From the NCBI RefSeq assembly GCF_001457615.1, contig NZ_LN831024.1, positions 3,270,001 to 3,302,000 on the forward strand: a DNA stretch of 32,000 nucleotides. Direction: 5' to 3'. Source of the stretch: Pseudomonas aeruginosa. GTDB taxonomy: Bacteria; Pseudomonadota; Gammaproteobacteria; Pseudomonadales; Pseudomonadaceae. Shown in pieces: positions 8,775 to 18,113 of the stretch. The position numbers and the translations under genes are program-made. Below the pieces are notes generated by a model. It searched no databases, had not been told where the DNA came from, and saw nothing but the letters and a program-made list of their open reading frames with translations. The first letter of the stretch is position 1. Each line of letters begins with the position of its first letter.

Positions 8775-10145
8775 TCACTGGGTCGGGCTCAGTTCGCTCT
8801 CCTGGAAGCGCGGCGGCGGACGGCTGAAGCTGCGGGTCAGGTAGAACAGGTAGCCGAAGCCCAGTCCGGCCCAGATCAGCCCCATCACCAGCGAGGTGCT
8901 TTCCAGGTTGAGCCAGAGCACCGCGACGATGGCCGCGCCGAGCAATGGCAGGACCAGGTAGTGGAAATGCTCCTTGAGGCTGCGGTTGCGCCCGCCGCGC
9001 ACATAGAAATGCACGATCACCGAGAGATTGACGAAGGTGAAGGCCACCAGGGCGCCGAAATTGATCAGCGCGGTCGCCGTCACCAGGTCGAAGGAGATCG
9101 CCGAGAGCGCCACCATGCCCACGATGAGCACGTTGATCGACGGCGTACGCCATTTCGGATGGACGAAGCCGAAGATCCGCTCCGGCAGCACGTTGTCCCG
9201 CCCCATCACGTACAGTAGGCGCGACACGCTGGCCTGGGAGGCCAGGCCCGACGCCAGGGTATTGATGAAGGTGGCGCAGAGGAAGATCGACTGGAACAGC
9301 TTGCCGCCGACGTACAGGGCGATTTCCGGCAGCGCCGCGTCGGGTTCCTTGAAGCGTACGTTGGTCGGGAAATAGGACTGCAGGAAATACGACACGGTGA
9401 TGAAGATCACCCCGCCGTACAGCGCGGTGAGGAAGATCGCCCGCGGGATCACCCTGCCGGCGTCGCGGGTTTCCTCGGACAGCGTAGTCACCGCGTCGAA
9501 ACCGAGGAAGGAAAAGCAGAGGATCGTCGCCCCCGCCACCATCGCCGAGAGATGCGCGTGCTCGGAGAAGAACGGCTGGGTACTGAGCACCGTGGCGGTC
9601 CCCTCCCCGTTGTTCAGGCCGTGAATCACCAGGCCGATGAAGACCACGATGATCGCCAGCTGGACCAGCACGAAGACGGTGTTGAAATTGGCGACCAGGT
9701 TCACGCTCTTGATGTTGATGAGGGTCATGATCAGCACGAACATCACCACCCAGATCCACGGGGCGACCTCGGGGAACAATGCGGTCAGGTAGATCTTCGC
9801 CAGCAGTGCGTTGATCATCGGCAGGAACAGGTAGTCCAGCAGCGACGACCAGCCGACCATGAAGCCGACATGGGGATTGATCGCCCGTTGCGCGTAGGTA
9901 TAGGCCGAGCCTGCGGTGGGGAACTGGCGGACCAGCTTGCCGTAGCTGATCGCGGTGAACAGCACGCCGGCGAGGGCCAGCAGGTAGGCGGTGGGCACGT
10001 GTCCCTGGGAAATCCCGGATACGATGCCGAAGGTGTCGAAGACGGTCATCGGGGTCAGGTAGGCCAACCCGATCATGACGATCTGCCACAGCTTGAGGGA
10101 CTTGCGAAGCTGGGTTCGTTCTGCGGTGGGGGGAGGATTCGACAT
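8775..10145 (-). CDS. APC-family amino acid/polyamine permease, PA2041-like
   Basis: 456 aa, [74 protein letters not shown]; APC-type sequence and multiple TM segments. Confidence 0.9.
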   Translation of the reverse strand: MSNPPPTAERTQLRKSLKLWQIVMIGLAYLTPMTVFDTFGIVSGISQGHVPTAYLLALAGVLFTAISYGKLVRQFPTAGSAYTYAQRAINPHVGFMVGWSSLLDYLFLPMINALLAKIYLTALFPEVAPWIWVVMFVLIMTLINIKSVNLVANFNTVFVLVQLAIIVVFIGLVIHGLNNGEGTATVLSTQPFFSEHAHLSAMVAGATILCFSFLGFDAVTTLSEETRDAGRVIPRAIFLTALYGGVIFITVSYFLQSYFPTNVRFKEPDAALPEIALYVGGKLFQSIFLCATFINTLASGLASQASVSRLLYVMGRDNVLPERIFGFVHPKWRTPSINVLIVGMVALSAISFDLVTATALINFGALVAFTFVNLSVIVHFYVRGGRNRSLKEHFHYLVLPLLGAAIVAVLWLNLESTSLVMGLIWAGLGFGYLFYLTRSFSRPPPRFQESELSPTQ

Positions 10146-10301
10146 GGGTATGCTTGCCTCGATTTCTTCTTTTTCTAATGCACAGCAAAGGAAGGCGGAC
10201 GGGCGGAAACCGCAGGCTTGCCGCCGTCTACCTTCAGCAAGGGTGGGAACCTCGACGGAAGAACGGGCGGGCGGCGCCGGACCGGAGCCGCCCGCCCATG
10301 C

Positions 10302-11678
10302 TCACACGGTGTGCAGGTACCAGTTGTACTCGAGGTCGGAGATCGAGTACTCGAACTCCTCCAGCTCGCTTTCCTTGCAGGCGACGAAGATGTCGATGTA
10401 CTTCGGATCGATGTACTTCGCCAGGATCTCGCTGTCGTCCAGTTCGCGCAGGGCGTCGCGCAGGTTGTTCGGCAGGCTCGGCTCCAACTGCTCGTAGGAG
10501 TTGCCTTCGATCGGCGCGCCCGGCTCGACCTTGTTGGTCAGCCCGTGGTGCACCCCGGCAAGCACCGAGGCCAGCAGCAGGTAGGGGTTGGCGTCGGCGC
10601 CGGCGACGCGATGTTCCAGGCGTACCGCGTCCGGGCTGCCGGTGGGCACGCGCAGGGCCACGGTGCGGTTGTCCAGGCCCCAGCTCGGCGCGTTCGGCAC
10701 GTAGAACTGCGAACCGAAGCGGCGGTAGGAGTTGACGTTCGGGCAGAGGAAGGCCATAGAGGCCGGCAGGGTCTCGAGCACGCCGCCGATCGCATGGCGC
10801 AATGCGGCGTTCTGCTCGGGATCCTCGCTGGTGAAGATGTTGTTGCCATGCTTGTCGAGCAGCGAGATGTGTACGTGCAGTCCGTTCCCGGCCTGGCCCG
10901 GATAGGGCTTGGCCATGAAGGTGGTGTCCATCTCATGGTCGTAGGCGATGTTCTTGATCAGGCGCTTGAGCAGCACCGCATAGTCGCAGGCCTTCATCGG
11001 GTCGGCGACGTGATGCAGGTTGACCTCGAACTGCGCCGGTGCGGATTCGGCGACGATGGCGTCGGCCGGGATGCCCTGGGCGCGGGCGCCGTCGATGATG
11101 TCCTGGAGGCACTCGACGTATTCGTCGAGGTCGTCGATAGAGTACACCTGCACCGACTGCGGACGCTTGCCGGAGATCGGCGAGCGCGGCGGCTGCGGCC
11201 GGCCGTTCACGTTCTCCTGGTCGATCAGGTAGAACTCCAGCTCGAAGGCGGCGACGATGGTCAGTTCCATCTCGGTGAACCTGGCCACCACCTGGCGCAG
11301 GACTTCGCGGGGGTCGGCGAAGAAGGGATCACCTTCCAGCTCATGCATGGTCATCAGCAGTTGCGCGGTCGGGCGCTTCTGCCAGGGTTCCATGGAGAGG
11401 GTGCCGGGGATCGGGTAGCAGATCCGGTCGGCGTCGCCGATGTCGAGACCCAGGCCGGTACTCTCTACGGTGGAGCCGGTGATATCGAGGGCGAACAGGG
11501 AAGCGGGAAGGTTGATACCTTTTTCGAAGACTTTGGGCAGACTGTTGCGTTCGATTCGCTTGCCGCGAACCACGCCATTCATGTCTGAAATCAGAAGGTC
11601 GACGAACTGGACCTCGGGATGTTCCTGAAGGAACAGGCTCGGCTCAGTGAGCTGAACGGCACGCAGGGGTACCGACAT
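10302..11678 (-). CDS. pauA4: Glutamine synthetase-family gamma-glutamylpolyamine synthetase, PauA4 (PA2040)-like
   Basis: 458 aa GS-family: FLISDMNGVVRGKRIERNSLPKVFEKGINLPASLFALDI, AKPYPGQAGNGLHVHISLLDKHGNNIF, RVPTGSPDAVRLEHRVAGADANPYLLLASVLAGVHHG; adjacent to a polyamine/amino acid permease. Confidence 0.87.
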   Translation of the reverse strand: MSVPLRAVQLTEPSLFLQEHPEVQFVDLLISDMNGVVRGKRIERNSLPKVFEKGINLPASLFALDITGSTVESTGLGLDIGDADRICYPIPGTLSMEPWQKRPTAQLLMTMHELEGDPFFADPREVLRQVVARFTEMELTIVAAFELEFYLIDQENVNGRPQPPRSPISGKRPQSVQVYSIDDLDEYVECLQDIIDGARAQGIPADAIVAESAPAQFEVNLHHVADPMKACDYAVLLKRLIKNIAYDHEMDTTFMAKPYPGQAGNGLHVHISLLDKHGNNIFTSEDPEQNAALRHAIGGVLETLPASMAFLCPNVNSYRRFGSQFYVPNAPSWGLDNRTVALRVPTGSPDAVRLEHRVAGADANPYLLLASVLAGVHHGLTNKVEPGAPIEGNSYEQLEPSLPNNLRDALRELDDSEILAKYIDPKYIDIFVACKESELEEFEYSISDLEYNWYLHTV

Positions 11679-12231
11679 GATGCAACACCTTTTTTGTTAA
11701 AAATTTCAATCATGCGGGGGCTGGAGCCAGAGTCAATCGGAAAGCCAATTTGTTGTCAATAGCCCTCTCGTCGCCCTCGCGGACGGCGAAATAGCCGTAG
11801 ACAGGGCCTTCCAGCGCATCGCGAAAGCGGCCAAAGCCAGGCCAGGCAAGGTGTTCAACCTGGTGCAGCAGATATTTTACAGGCTCCGTTGTACGAAAAA
11901 TTGAACAAGGCTAAGCTGTGCCAACCCTACAACAGCAATAAACCGGGTGTTCCATGTCCTACCAGCCGTCCCTCGGCGCCAAGTTCCGCGGCCACAAGAT
12001 CGGTCAGCATCCGCGTTAGCTCCGCTCCGGTTCTTCTCTCCCTCGATTCTTCGCAGCGCCCTCGAGCGGCCCTCGCTCGTCCGCCGCCTGCCCTGCCCGT
12101 CCTCCTTATATAAGGAAGGACACCGGCCGCTTTCGCCTGCGTGGATAACGGATACGAAGAGCAAGATCGTTCAAGCCAGCCCGATGCGCCTGCTGGCATG
12201 CTGGACCGACGTTCACCACCGCCATGCCCCC

Positions 12232-12942
12232 ATGACTGCCCACGACCTGCCCCGCCAAGCCTTTCTCCGCGGCGCCGTCGCCATCCTCCCATTGTCCCTG
12301 GCCGTCGCGCCCTGGGGGCTGCTGGCGGGATCGATGGCCATCGAAGCCAACCTCACCCCGGCCGAGGGCCAGGGCCTGTCCGCCATCGTCTTCGCCGGCG
12401 CCGCCCAGTTGGTGGCGATCGGCATGCTCAAGGGCGGTGCCGGGTTCTTTTCGATCATCTTCACCACCCTCCTCCTGACCTCGCAGCACCTGCTCTACGG
12501 CATGAGCTTGCGGCCGGTCCTGTCGCCTCTGCCGGGACGCTGGCGGATCGGCCTGGGCTTCCTGCTCACCGACGAGTTCTTCGCCCTCGCCAGCCAGCAC
12601 GACCGGCGCAACTTCAACCGCTGGTACGCCCTCGGCGTCGGCCTGACCTTCTATATCGCCTGGAACCTGTTCACCCTCGCCGGCATCCTGCTTGGCCGCA
12701 GCATTCCCGGTCTCGAACACCTGGGCCTGGATTTCTCCATCGCCGCCACCTTCATCGCGCTGGTCGCGCCGCTGGTGCGCAACGTACCGACGCTAGTCTG
12801 CGTGGCCACCTCGCTGTTCTGCTCGGTGCTGTTCAGCCACTGGCAATGGAGTTCGGCGCTGGTCCTCGCCGGTCTCGCCGGGATGGCCGCCGGTTTCATC
12901 TGCAACAAGCTGTATCGGGAGGCGCCATGGTCTGGGCAGTGA
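12232..12942 (+). CDS. AzlC-family branched-chain amino acid export permease large subunit
   Basis: MTAHDLPRQAFLRGAVAILPLSLAVAPWGLLAGSMAIEANLTPAEGQGLSAIVFAGAAQLVAIGML...DEFFALASQHD; AzlC pattern. Confidence 0.9.
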   Translation: MTAHDLPRQAFLRGAVAILPLSLAVAPWGLLAGSMAIEANLTPAEGQGLSAIVFAGAAQLVAIGMLKGGAGFFSIIFTTLLLTSQHLLYGMSLRPVLSPLPGRWRIGLGFLLTDEFFALASQHDRRNFNRWYALGVGLTFYIAWNLFTLAGILLGRSIPGLEHLGLDFSIAATFIALVAPLVRNVPTLVCVATSLFCSVLFSHWQWSSALVLAGLAGMAAGFICNKLYREAPWSGQ

Positions 12943-13241
12943 TCTTCGGGATGGGCGCGATCGTCTTCCTCAACCGCTACCTGTTCCTCGAACCGCGCCT
13001 GCCGATCCGCCTCGGCAGCAACCTGCGGCAGTTCCTCGGTTTCGCCGTGCCGGGAATGCTCACGGCGATCTGCGGCCCCATCGTGTTCATGCCCGAGGGC
13101 CGCATCGACCTCGGCTACGACAATCCCTACCTGGTCAGCGGCGCAGTCACCGTGGCGCTGGTGCTCTATACCCGCAATACCCTGGCGAGCATGCTGCTGG
13201 GCATGGCGTTCTTCTTCCTGTTCAAGTGGTGGCTGATTTGA
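12927..13241 (+). CDS. AzlD-family small subunit
   Basis: MVWAVIFGMGAIVFLNRYLFLEPRLPIRLGSNLRQFLGFAVPGMLTAICGPIVFMPEGR; 104 aa, starts inside the azlC-like gene (16-nt overlap). Confidence 0.87.
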   Translation: MVWAVIFGMGAIVFLNRYLFLEPRLPIRLGSNLRQFLGFAVPGMLTAICGPIVFMPEGRIDLGYDNPYLVSGAVTVALVLYTRNTLASMLLGMAFFFLFKWWLI

Positions 13242-13475
13242 TCGATGTCAGTCGCTGACGGCATGACCTCTGCATGCAGCCCCTTGCAGGGTTCATACAA
13301 ACTCGCGGCGGGCGGCTATATGGCCCACCAGATGCTCCGGAGCAGCCGCTATCCGGCTGACAGCCAGGCTACTATCGATGCAGTACCTGATAGCAACCAT
13401 CTCCCTTCTATCTAGCCTGGATAAACACGCGTAAACCTGGCGCCCGCCCAGGCAAAGCAATTGACGGGGAGCACT

Positions 13476-14282
13476 TTAGAAAATCACCCGAAAATAATGA
13501 CGATAGTCACAGTGAACGCCATCCTCCCGCTCGACGGCTTTCACCTTGAACTGCTTTGCCCCCAGCAACTCCAAGACACGAACCAGTTGATCATGGCTGA
13601 ATATCTGTGTATGCCCGATTGCTGGAACTCCGCGAGAGTCAGTCACCAACAGTAGCTCACCGCCCGTCCTCAACCTACCCACACAGTCAATCAGGAACTG
13701 GATCCAGTCGGCCGTATGGTCAAGCACATTTGAGCAAACGACGAAATCGAAAGCACTCTCTATATCGGCAACACCATCCCTTATATAACAAGAAGAACCT
13801 CTTTCCCCGAGAGTCGAGAATGGAAGGTTCTCTGCATACAGCCCCATCAATGAGTCCTGGGCAGTCACTGTCACGCCTTCGACCTTCTCGAAAAAGCCGA
13901 TCGGCCCACTACCTACTTCCAAAACCTTACCTTCAAAACCTTCGTAGCGATAATGCGAGGAGCCGTACGTGAACCCCATCTTCCCAAGAAACCACATTGC
14001 ATCCTTATGCCGGGCCTCTTGTAGTTCCTCGACAGACAGATGGCGATAGGGCCATTTATCCTTCCAGAAAGAAAGCTCGTACTCCTGGGAATGTATCCAC
14101 TGCTCCGGATCTGCAGACGCAACGCTACGTACGTCAGGAGCAGTTTCAACCCTACGGGACACCGACGAGAATTCGCCTGCACCACTGCCACGCTCTTCGA
14201 TACACACTAGAGGAGTGCCACTCGAACGACGGCGTTCCCAGAAACCGGATAAAAATTTCACCCTAAAAACCTCCCTGCTCAT
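13476..14282 (-). CDS. Orphan class I SAM-dependent methyltransferase in an AT-richer segment
   Basis: Motif I VLEVGSGPIGFFE, motif IV-like SAFDFVVCSNVLDHTADW; ATG chosen at 14282 (MSREVFRVKF), with an alternative TTG at 14345. Confidence 0.75.
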   Translation of the reverse strand: MSREVFRVKFLSGFWERRRSSGTPLVCIEERGSGAGEFSSVSRRVETAPDVRSVASADPEQWIHSQEYELSFWKDKWPYRHLSVEELQEARHKDAMWFLGKMGFTYGSSHYRYEGFEGKVLEVGSGPIGFFEKVEGVTVTAQDSLMGLYAENLPFSTLGERGSSCYIRDGVADIESAFDFVVCSNVLDHTADWIQFLIDCVGRLRTGGELLLVTDSRGVPAIGHTQIFSHDQLVRVLELLGAKQFKVKAVEREDGVHCDYRHYFRVIF

Positions 14283-14730
14283 TGATACCCTTGCCCATCG
14301 GACTAAAAGATAAAAAGCCGAAACTTGCCGACAACCAAACAACAACTCGCCCTCTATCTCAGCGCCCCAGCAAAGATCTTCCCCTCAGGAAGCAGCCAAA
14401 CAGCACGGCGCGAGGAAAAACTAACAAAGAAAATTTATAAATAATGTAAGAACAATCCTTTTTGCTAGAGGAAATAGTTACATAGACATAGTTGAGGAGA
14501 AGATGGAGAAACGAACGGAAAACCGCGCTCTCCGATCCGCCTAGGGGAGATCCGTTGCGATGACGCTCCAGGCCCATCCCTTCCAGATGAAGTGCTGAAA
14601 GGGGCCTCCCCCGGAACGAAGAACGAGGGTTCATGCGCCACGGGAATGAACTCGCGAAGAAAGGTCGCTTGGCGCTGGCGCGCTTTGGGCCGAAGATCGG
14701 GGCAACCACAACGTGCGCAGCGAGGCCCTC

Positions 14731-16389
14731 ATGTCCGACTCCCTTCCCCAGCGCAACGGCGGGCAGATCCTGATAGAGGCATTGCGGCGCAATGCCGTCG
14801 ATACCGTCTACTGCATCCCCGGGGAAAGCTACCTGCCGGTGCTCGACGCGCTGTACGACGCCGACGGCATCCGCACCGTCGTCACCCGCCACGAGGGTGC
14901 CGCCTCGAACATGGCCGATGCCTACGGCAAGCTGACCGGCCGACCAGGCATCTGCTTCGTCACCCGCGGCCCCGGTGCCACCCATGCGGCGAATGGCGTG
15001 CACACGGCGCAGCAGGACTCGACGCCGATGATCCTGTTCGTCGGCCAGGTGGAAAGCGCCTTCAAGGGCCGCGAGGCGTTCCAGGAAGTCGACTACGTGC
15101 AGATGTTCTCGGGCCTGGCGAAGTGGGCCGTGGAAATCGACCGTATCGAACGCATCCCGGAGATCGTCGGCCGCGCCTTCAGCGTCGCCACCTCGGGCCG
15201 ACCGGGCCCGGTCGTGGTCGCCCTGCCCGAGGAAATCCTCTTTGGTTCCGCGCAGGTCGCCGATGCGCCGGTGCCAAGGGTGCTTCCGGGGCGGCCGGGC
15301 GCCACGGCGATGGCAGAACTGCGCGAACTGCTGGCGAACGCCAGGCGGCCCCTGCTGGTACTTGGCGGCAGCGGCTGGGACGGCGCCGCCAGGAAACGGC
15401 TAGGCGCCTTCGTCGAGGCCAATGGCCTACCGGTGGCCACCTCGTTCCGTCGCCAGGACCTGTTCGACAACCGTGACCCGCACTACGCCGGGCAACTGGG
15501 CTTCGGCGCGGCGCCGGCACTATTGGAGCGGCTGCGCCAGGCCGACCTGCTGCTGGTGGTCGGGGCGCGCCTGGGCGAAACGCCGAGCGCCGGCTACAGC
15601 CTGGTGCGTAGTCCGGCCCCCGCGCAGACGCTGGTCCACGTGCATCCGGACAGCGCGGAACTGAACCGCGTCTACCTGGCGCGACTGCCGATCCAGGCCA
15701 CCCCGTGTACCTTCGCCGAGGCCCTGGCCGACCTCGCGCCGTTGCCCTCGAGCACCTGGCAGGACTGGCGCGAAGCCGCCCATGCCGACTACCTGGCCTA
15801 CTCGACCCCGGCCGCGAGCGACCCCGCCATCCAGGGCGTCGACCTGGCGTCCGTGGTCGCGTACCTCAGCGAAAACCTGCCGGACGACGCGGTGATCGCC
15901 AACGGTGCCGGCAACTATGCCGTCTGGGTGCATCGCTTCTACCGCTATCGCCAGGCCCGCACGCAGTTGGCGCCGACCAACGGCGCCATGGGCTACGGCC
16001 TGCCCGCCGCGATCGCCGCCAGCCTGCGCGATCCGCAGCGCAGCGTGGTGTGCTTCGCCGGCGACGGCTGTTTCATGATGTATCCGCAGGAGCTGGCGAC
16101 CGCCGCGCAGTTCGGCGCGACGCCGGTGGTGATCGTGGTCAACAACGGCATGCTCGGCACCATCCGCATGCATCAGGAACGCGAATATCCCGGGCGGGTA
16201 TCCGCCACCCGCCTGGACAACCCCGACTTCGTCGCCCTGGCGCGAGCCTTCGGCGCCCACGCCGAACGAGTGGAATGCAGCGCCGACTTCCCCGCCGCGT
16301 TCCGCCGCGCCCGCGAAAGCGGACGCCCGGCGCTGCTGGAGCTGCTGACCGACCCACGCCAGATCACGCCGCAGGCGCGCCTCGCCTGA
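14731..16389 (+). CDS. Thiamine-diphosphate-dependent acetolactate synthase/decarboxylase-like enzyme, PA2035-like
   Basis: 552 aa; VVTRHEGAASNMADAYGKLTGRPGICFVTRGPGATHAANG in the N-terminal PYR domain and GDGCFMMYPQELATAAQFGATPVVIVVNNGMLGTIRMHQE, the ThDP GDG...NN motif. Confidence 0.92.
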   Translation: MSDSLPQRNGGQILIEALRRNAVDTVYCIPGESYLPVLDALYDADGIRTVVTRHEGAASNMADAYGKLTGRPGICFVTRGPGATHAANGVHTAQQDSTPMILFVGQVESAFKGREAFQEVDYVQMFSGLAKWAVEIDRIERIPEIVGRAFSVATSGRPGPVVVALPEEILFGSAQVADAPVPRVLPGRPGATAMAELRELLANARRPLLVLGGSGWDGAARKRLGAFVEANGLPVATSFRRQDLFDNRDPHYAGQLGFGAAPALLERLRQADLLLVVGARLGETPSAGYSLVRSPAPAQTLVHVHPDSAELNRVYLARLPIQATPCTFAEALADLAPLPSSTWQDWREAAHADYLAYSTPAASDPAIQGVDLASVVAYLSENLPDDAVIANGAGNYAVWVHRFYRYRQARTQLAPTNGAMGYGLPAAIAASLRDPQRSVVCFAGDGCFMMYPQELATAAQFGATPVVIVVNNGMLGTIRMHQEREYPGRVSATRLDNPDFVALARAFGAHAERVECSADFPAAFRRARESGRPALLELLTDPRQITPQARLA

Positions 16390-16396
16390 GGCATCC

Positions 16397-17071
16397 TCAG
16401 CCGGCGCGGAAGGCGATCCAGGCCTGGTAGCCCACGGCCTGGAAATAGCGGCTGGGCAGGACGAAGCCGGTGTCTTCCAGCAGTTCGCCGAGGCGCTGCT
16501 CGGACAACGGATCGAAATCCTCGCGCAAGCGTTGCAGCATGCCGTCGCTGTCCTCCGGGGAAAGCCCGGCCAAACGGCAGGCCTCGGCCTGCACCGGGCG
16601 TTCGAAGGCGTCCCGGGCTTCCATCAGGTTGGCCAGCAGCAACGGCGCCGCTGGCGCCAGACGCTCGGCGACCGCCTCGAGGAAGCGCCGCTTGGCCTGG
16701 TCGCCGCGCAGGAAATGCAGCACCAGCAGGACCAGCGCCGCATCGCAAGGCGGCGCAGGCGGTAGCCCGGCGACGTCGCCGCAGTGCAGCTCGATCCGCT
16801 CCAGCAGGCCGAGCCTGGCGCAGCGCTGGCGGGCCAGGGCGAGCATGTCGGCCGACAGGTCCGCCGCGACGAAACGCCAGCCTGGACGCAACCCTGCCAG
16901 CTCCGCCAGTTCGCCGCCGGCGCCGCAGCCGACGCTGAGCAGGCGCGCCCGTTCCGGCAGACGGGCCAGCAACTGCGCGCGACTGAGCAGGTGCAGCAAC
17001 TCGTAGCCCGGCAACAGGCGGCCGATCCGCGTCTCGTAGCCGTCCGCCTGTTTCCCGACGAAGCGGCCCAT
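16397..17071 (-). CDS. Class I SAM-dependent methyltransferase, PA2034-like
   Basis: 224 aa; LLSVGCGAGGELAELAGLRPGWRFVAADLSADMLALARQR motif I; start overlaps the SIP stop as TGATG. Confidence 0.85.
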   Translation of the reverse strand: MGRFVGKQADGYETRIGRLLPGYELLHLLSRAQLLARLPERARLLSVGCGAGGELAELAGLRPGWRFVAADLSADMLALARQRCARLGLLERIELHCGDVAGLPPAPPCDAALVLLVLHFLRGDQAKRRFLEAVAERLAPAAPLLLANLMEARDAFERPVQAEACRLAGLSPEDSDGMLQRLREDFDPLSEQRLGELLEDTGFVLPSRYFQAVGYQAWIAFRAG

Positions 17072-17979
17072 CAGTCGAGCACCTTGCCCAGGCGCCAATA
17101 GCCCATCAGGGTCAGATGACGCTTGTCGATACCGCGCTCCTGCACCAGGTAGCGCCGGATCGCCATCACCGCCGCCGACTCGCCGGCGACCCAGGCGTAG
17201 AAACTGCCGCTCTCGGGGCTCGCCAGTTCCCAGAGGATCTCCTCGTCGATATCGATGTCCTCCAGCTCCTGGGCCGCACCACCCGCCACCTCGCGCTCCG
17301 GCAGCCGCGCCTGGCGCGCCGCCTCGATCATCCGCTCGCCGTTGCGCGAATGGATGCCGGCCTGGTGGCGCGGCAGCCAGTGCAGGCGCGCACCGGGAAT
17401 CGCCGGCAGGTCGAGGATATCGGCTTCTCCCGGCACTTCGAGAAAGGCCTCGACCACCGGCGGCTCGGCTTCGCCGGCCAGCTCCTCGAGAATTCCCGCC
17501 ACCGCGGGCAAGGCGGTTTCGTCGGCGATCAGCAGGATATGGCGGACGCCAGCCGGCGGCTTCCATTCGTAGCCGCCGGGGTCATCGCCGTATTGCCGGT
17601 TGGGCGCGGCCAGTTGCAGGCGGTCGCCGATCCGCGCGTGGGTCGCCCAGGCCGAGGCCGGGCCGTTCTCGCCGTGGAGGACGAACTCCACGTCGACCTC
17701 TTCCTGCTCGGCGCGCAGCGCACGGATGGTGTAGGTACGCATCGGCGGCCGGCGGGCCGGCTCGACGCTGCGATAGGCCTGGTACCACTCGCTGCCGCCG
17801 GGCAGGCTGGGCGGCTGGCCGCTGGCATCGGGGAAGAAGATCTTGATCCGCTGGTCGGCGGCAAGGGTCTTCATCTCGGCGACCTCCGGACCGCCGAAGA
17901 CGAAGCGGGTCAGCGCCGGGCTGAGTTGCTCACGGCGCTTGAGTTCGACATTGAACAGACGATAGGCGGGTTGCGACAT
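17071..17979 (-). CDS. Siderophore-interacting FAD-binding protein (SIP family ferric-siderophore reductase-like), PA2033-like
   Basis: MRTYTIRALRAEQEEVDVEFVLHGENGPASAWATHARIGDRLQLAAPNRQY and ADETALPAVAGILEELAG; SIP-family sequence. Confidence 0.92.
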   Translation of the reverse strand: MSQPAYRLFNVELKRREQLSPALTRFVFGGPEVAEMKTLAADQRIKIFFPDASGQPPSLPGGSEWYQAYRSVEPARRPPMRTYTIRALRAEQEEVDVEFVLHGENGPASAWATHARIGDRLQLAAPNRQYGDDPGGYEWKPPAGVRHILLIADETALPAVAGILEELAGEAEPPVVEAFLEVPGEADILDLPAIPGARLHWLPRHQAGIHSRNGERMIEAARQARLPEREVAGGAAQELEDIDIDEEILWELASPESGSFYAWVAGESAAVMAIRRYLVQERGIDKRHLTLMGYWRLGKVLD

Positions 17980-18052
17980 GACGATGGTCTCCTGGTGACC
18001 GGCGCCCAGTGGAGCCGGCGGATGCATGCGTCAGGCAACTCTAGCAAACAAT

Positions 18053-18071
18053 ACGAATGATTAGCATTTGC
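18053..18071 (-). promoter_or_regulatory. Candidate Fur box
   Basis: ACGAATGATTAGCATTTGC; core AATGATTAGCATT matches AATGATAATCATT at 11/13 positions, 12/19 overall to GATAATGATAATCATTATC; located 74-92 bp upstream of the SIP ATG. Confidence 0.7.
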
Positions 18072-18113
18072 TATTTGTGCAATCGTCGACTGCGTCGAAA
18101 GCACGACTGTCGC

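Noticed and set aside
8725-10188. 487-aa minus-strand ORF
   Set aside because: Out-of-frame shadow of the APC permease gene on the same strand.
10218-11588. 456-aa plus-strand ORF
   Set aside because: Antisense to the gamma-glutamylpolyamine synthetase gene.
11955-12020. Short plus-strand ORF MSYQPSLGAKFRGHKIGQHPR upstream of the azlC-like gene, considered as a leader peptide
   Set aside because: No convincing Shine-Dalgarno, no amino-acid run or attenuator hairpin.
13997-14266. Plus-strand ORFs (13607-13972, 13997-14266) opposite the orphan methyltransferase, considered as toxin/antitoxin-like small genes
   Set aside because: No RBS or recognisable motif; the minus-strand methyltransferase motifs explain the coding signal better.
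13250-14720. Possible mobile element or prophage remnant
   Set aside because: No integrase, transposase, att-like direct repeats, tRNA or terminal inverted repeats could be found by eye; reported only as an atypical-composition insert.
14359-15003. 214-aa minus-strand ORF linking the AT-rich insert to the ThDP gene
   Set aside because: Mostly antisense to the ThDP enzyme; N-terminal part has no domain or conserved pattern.
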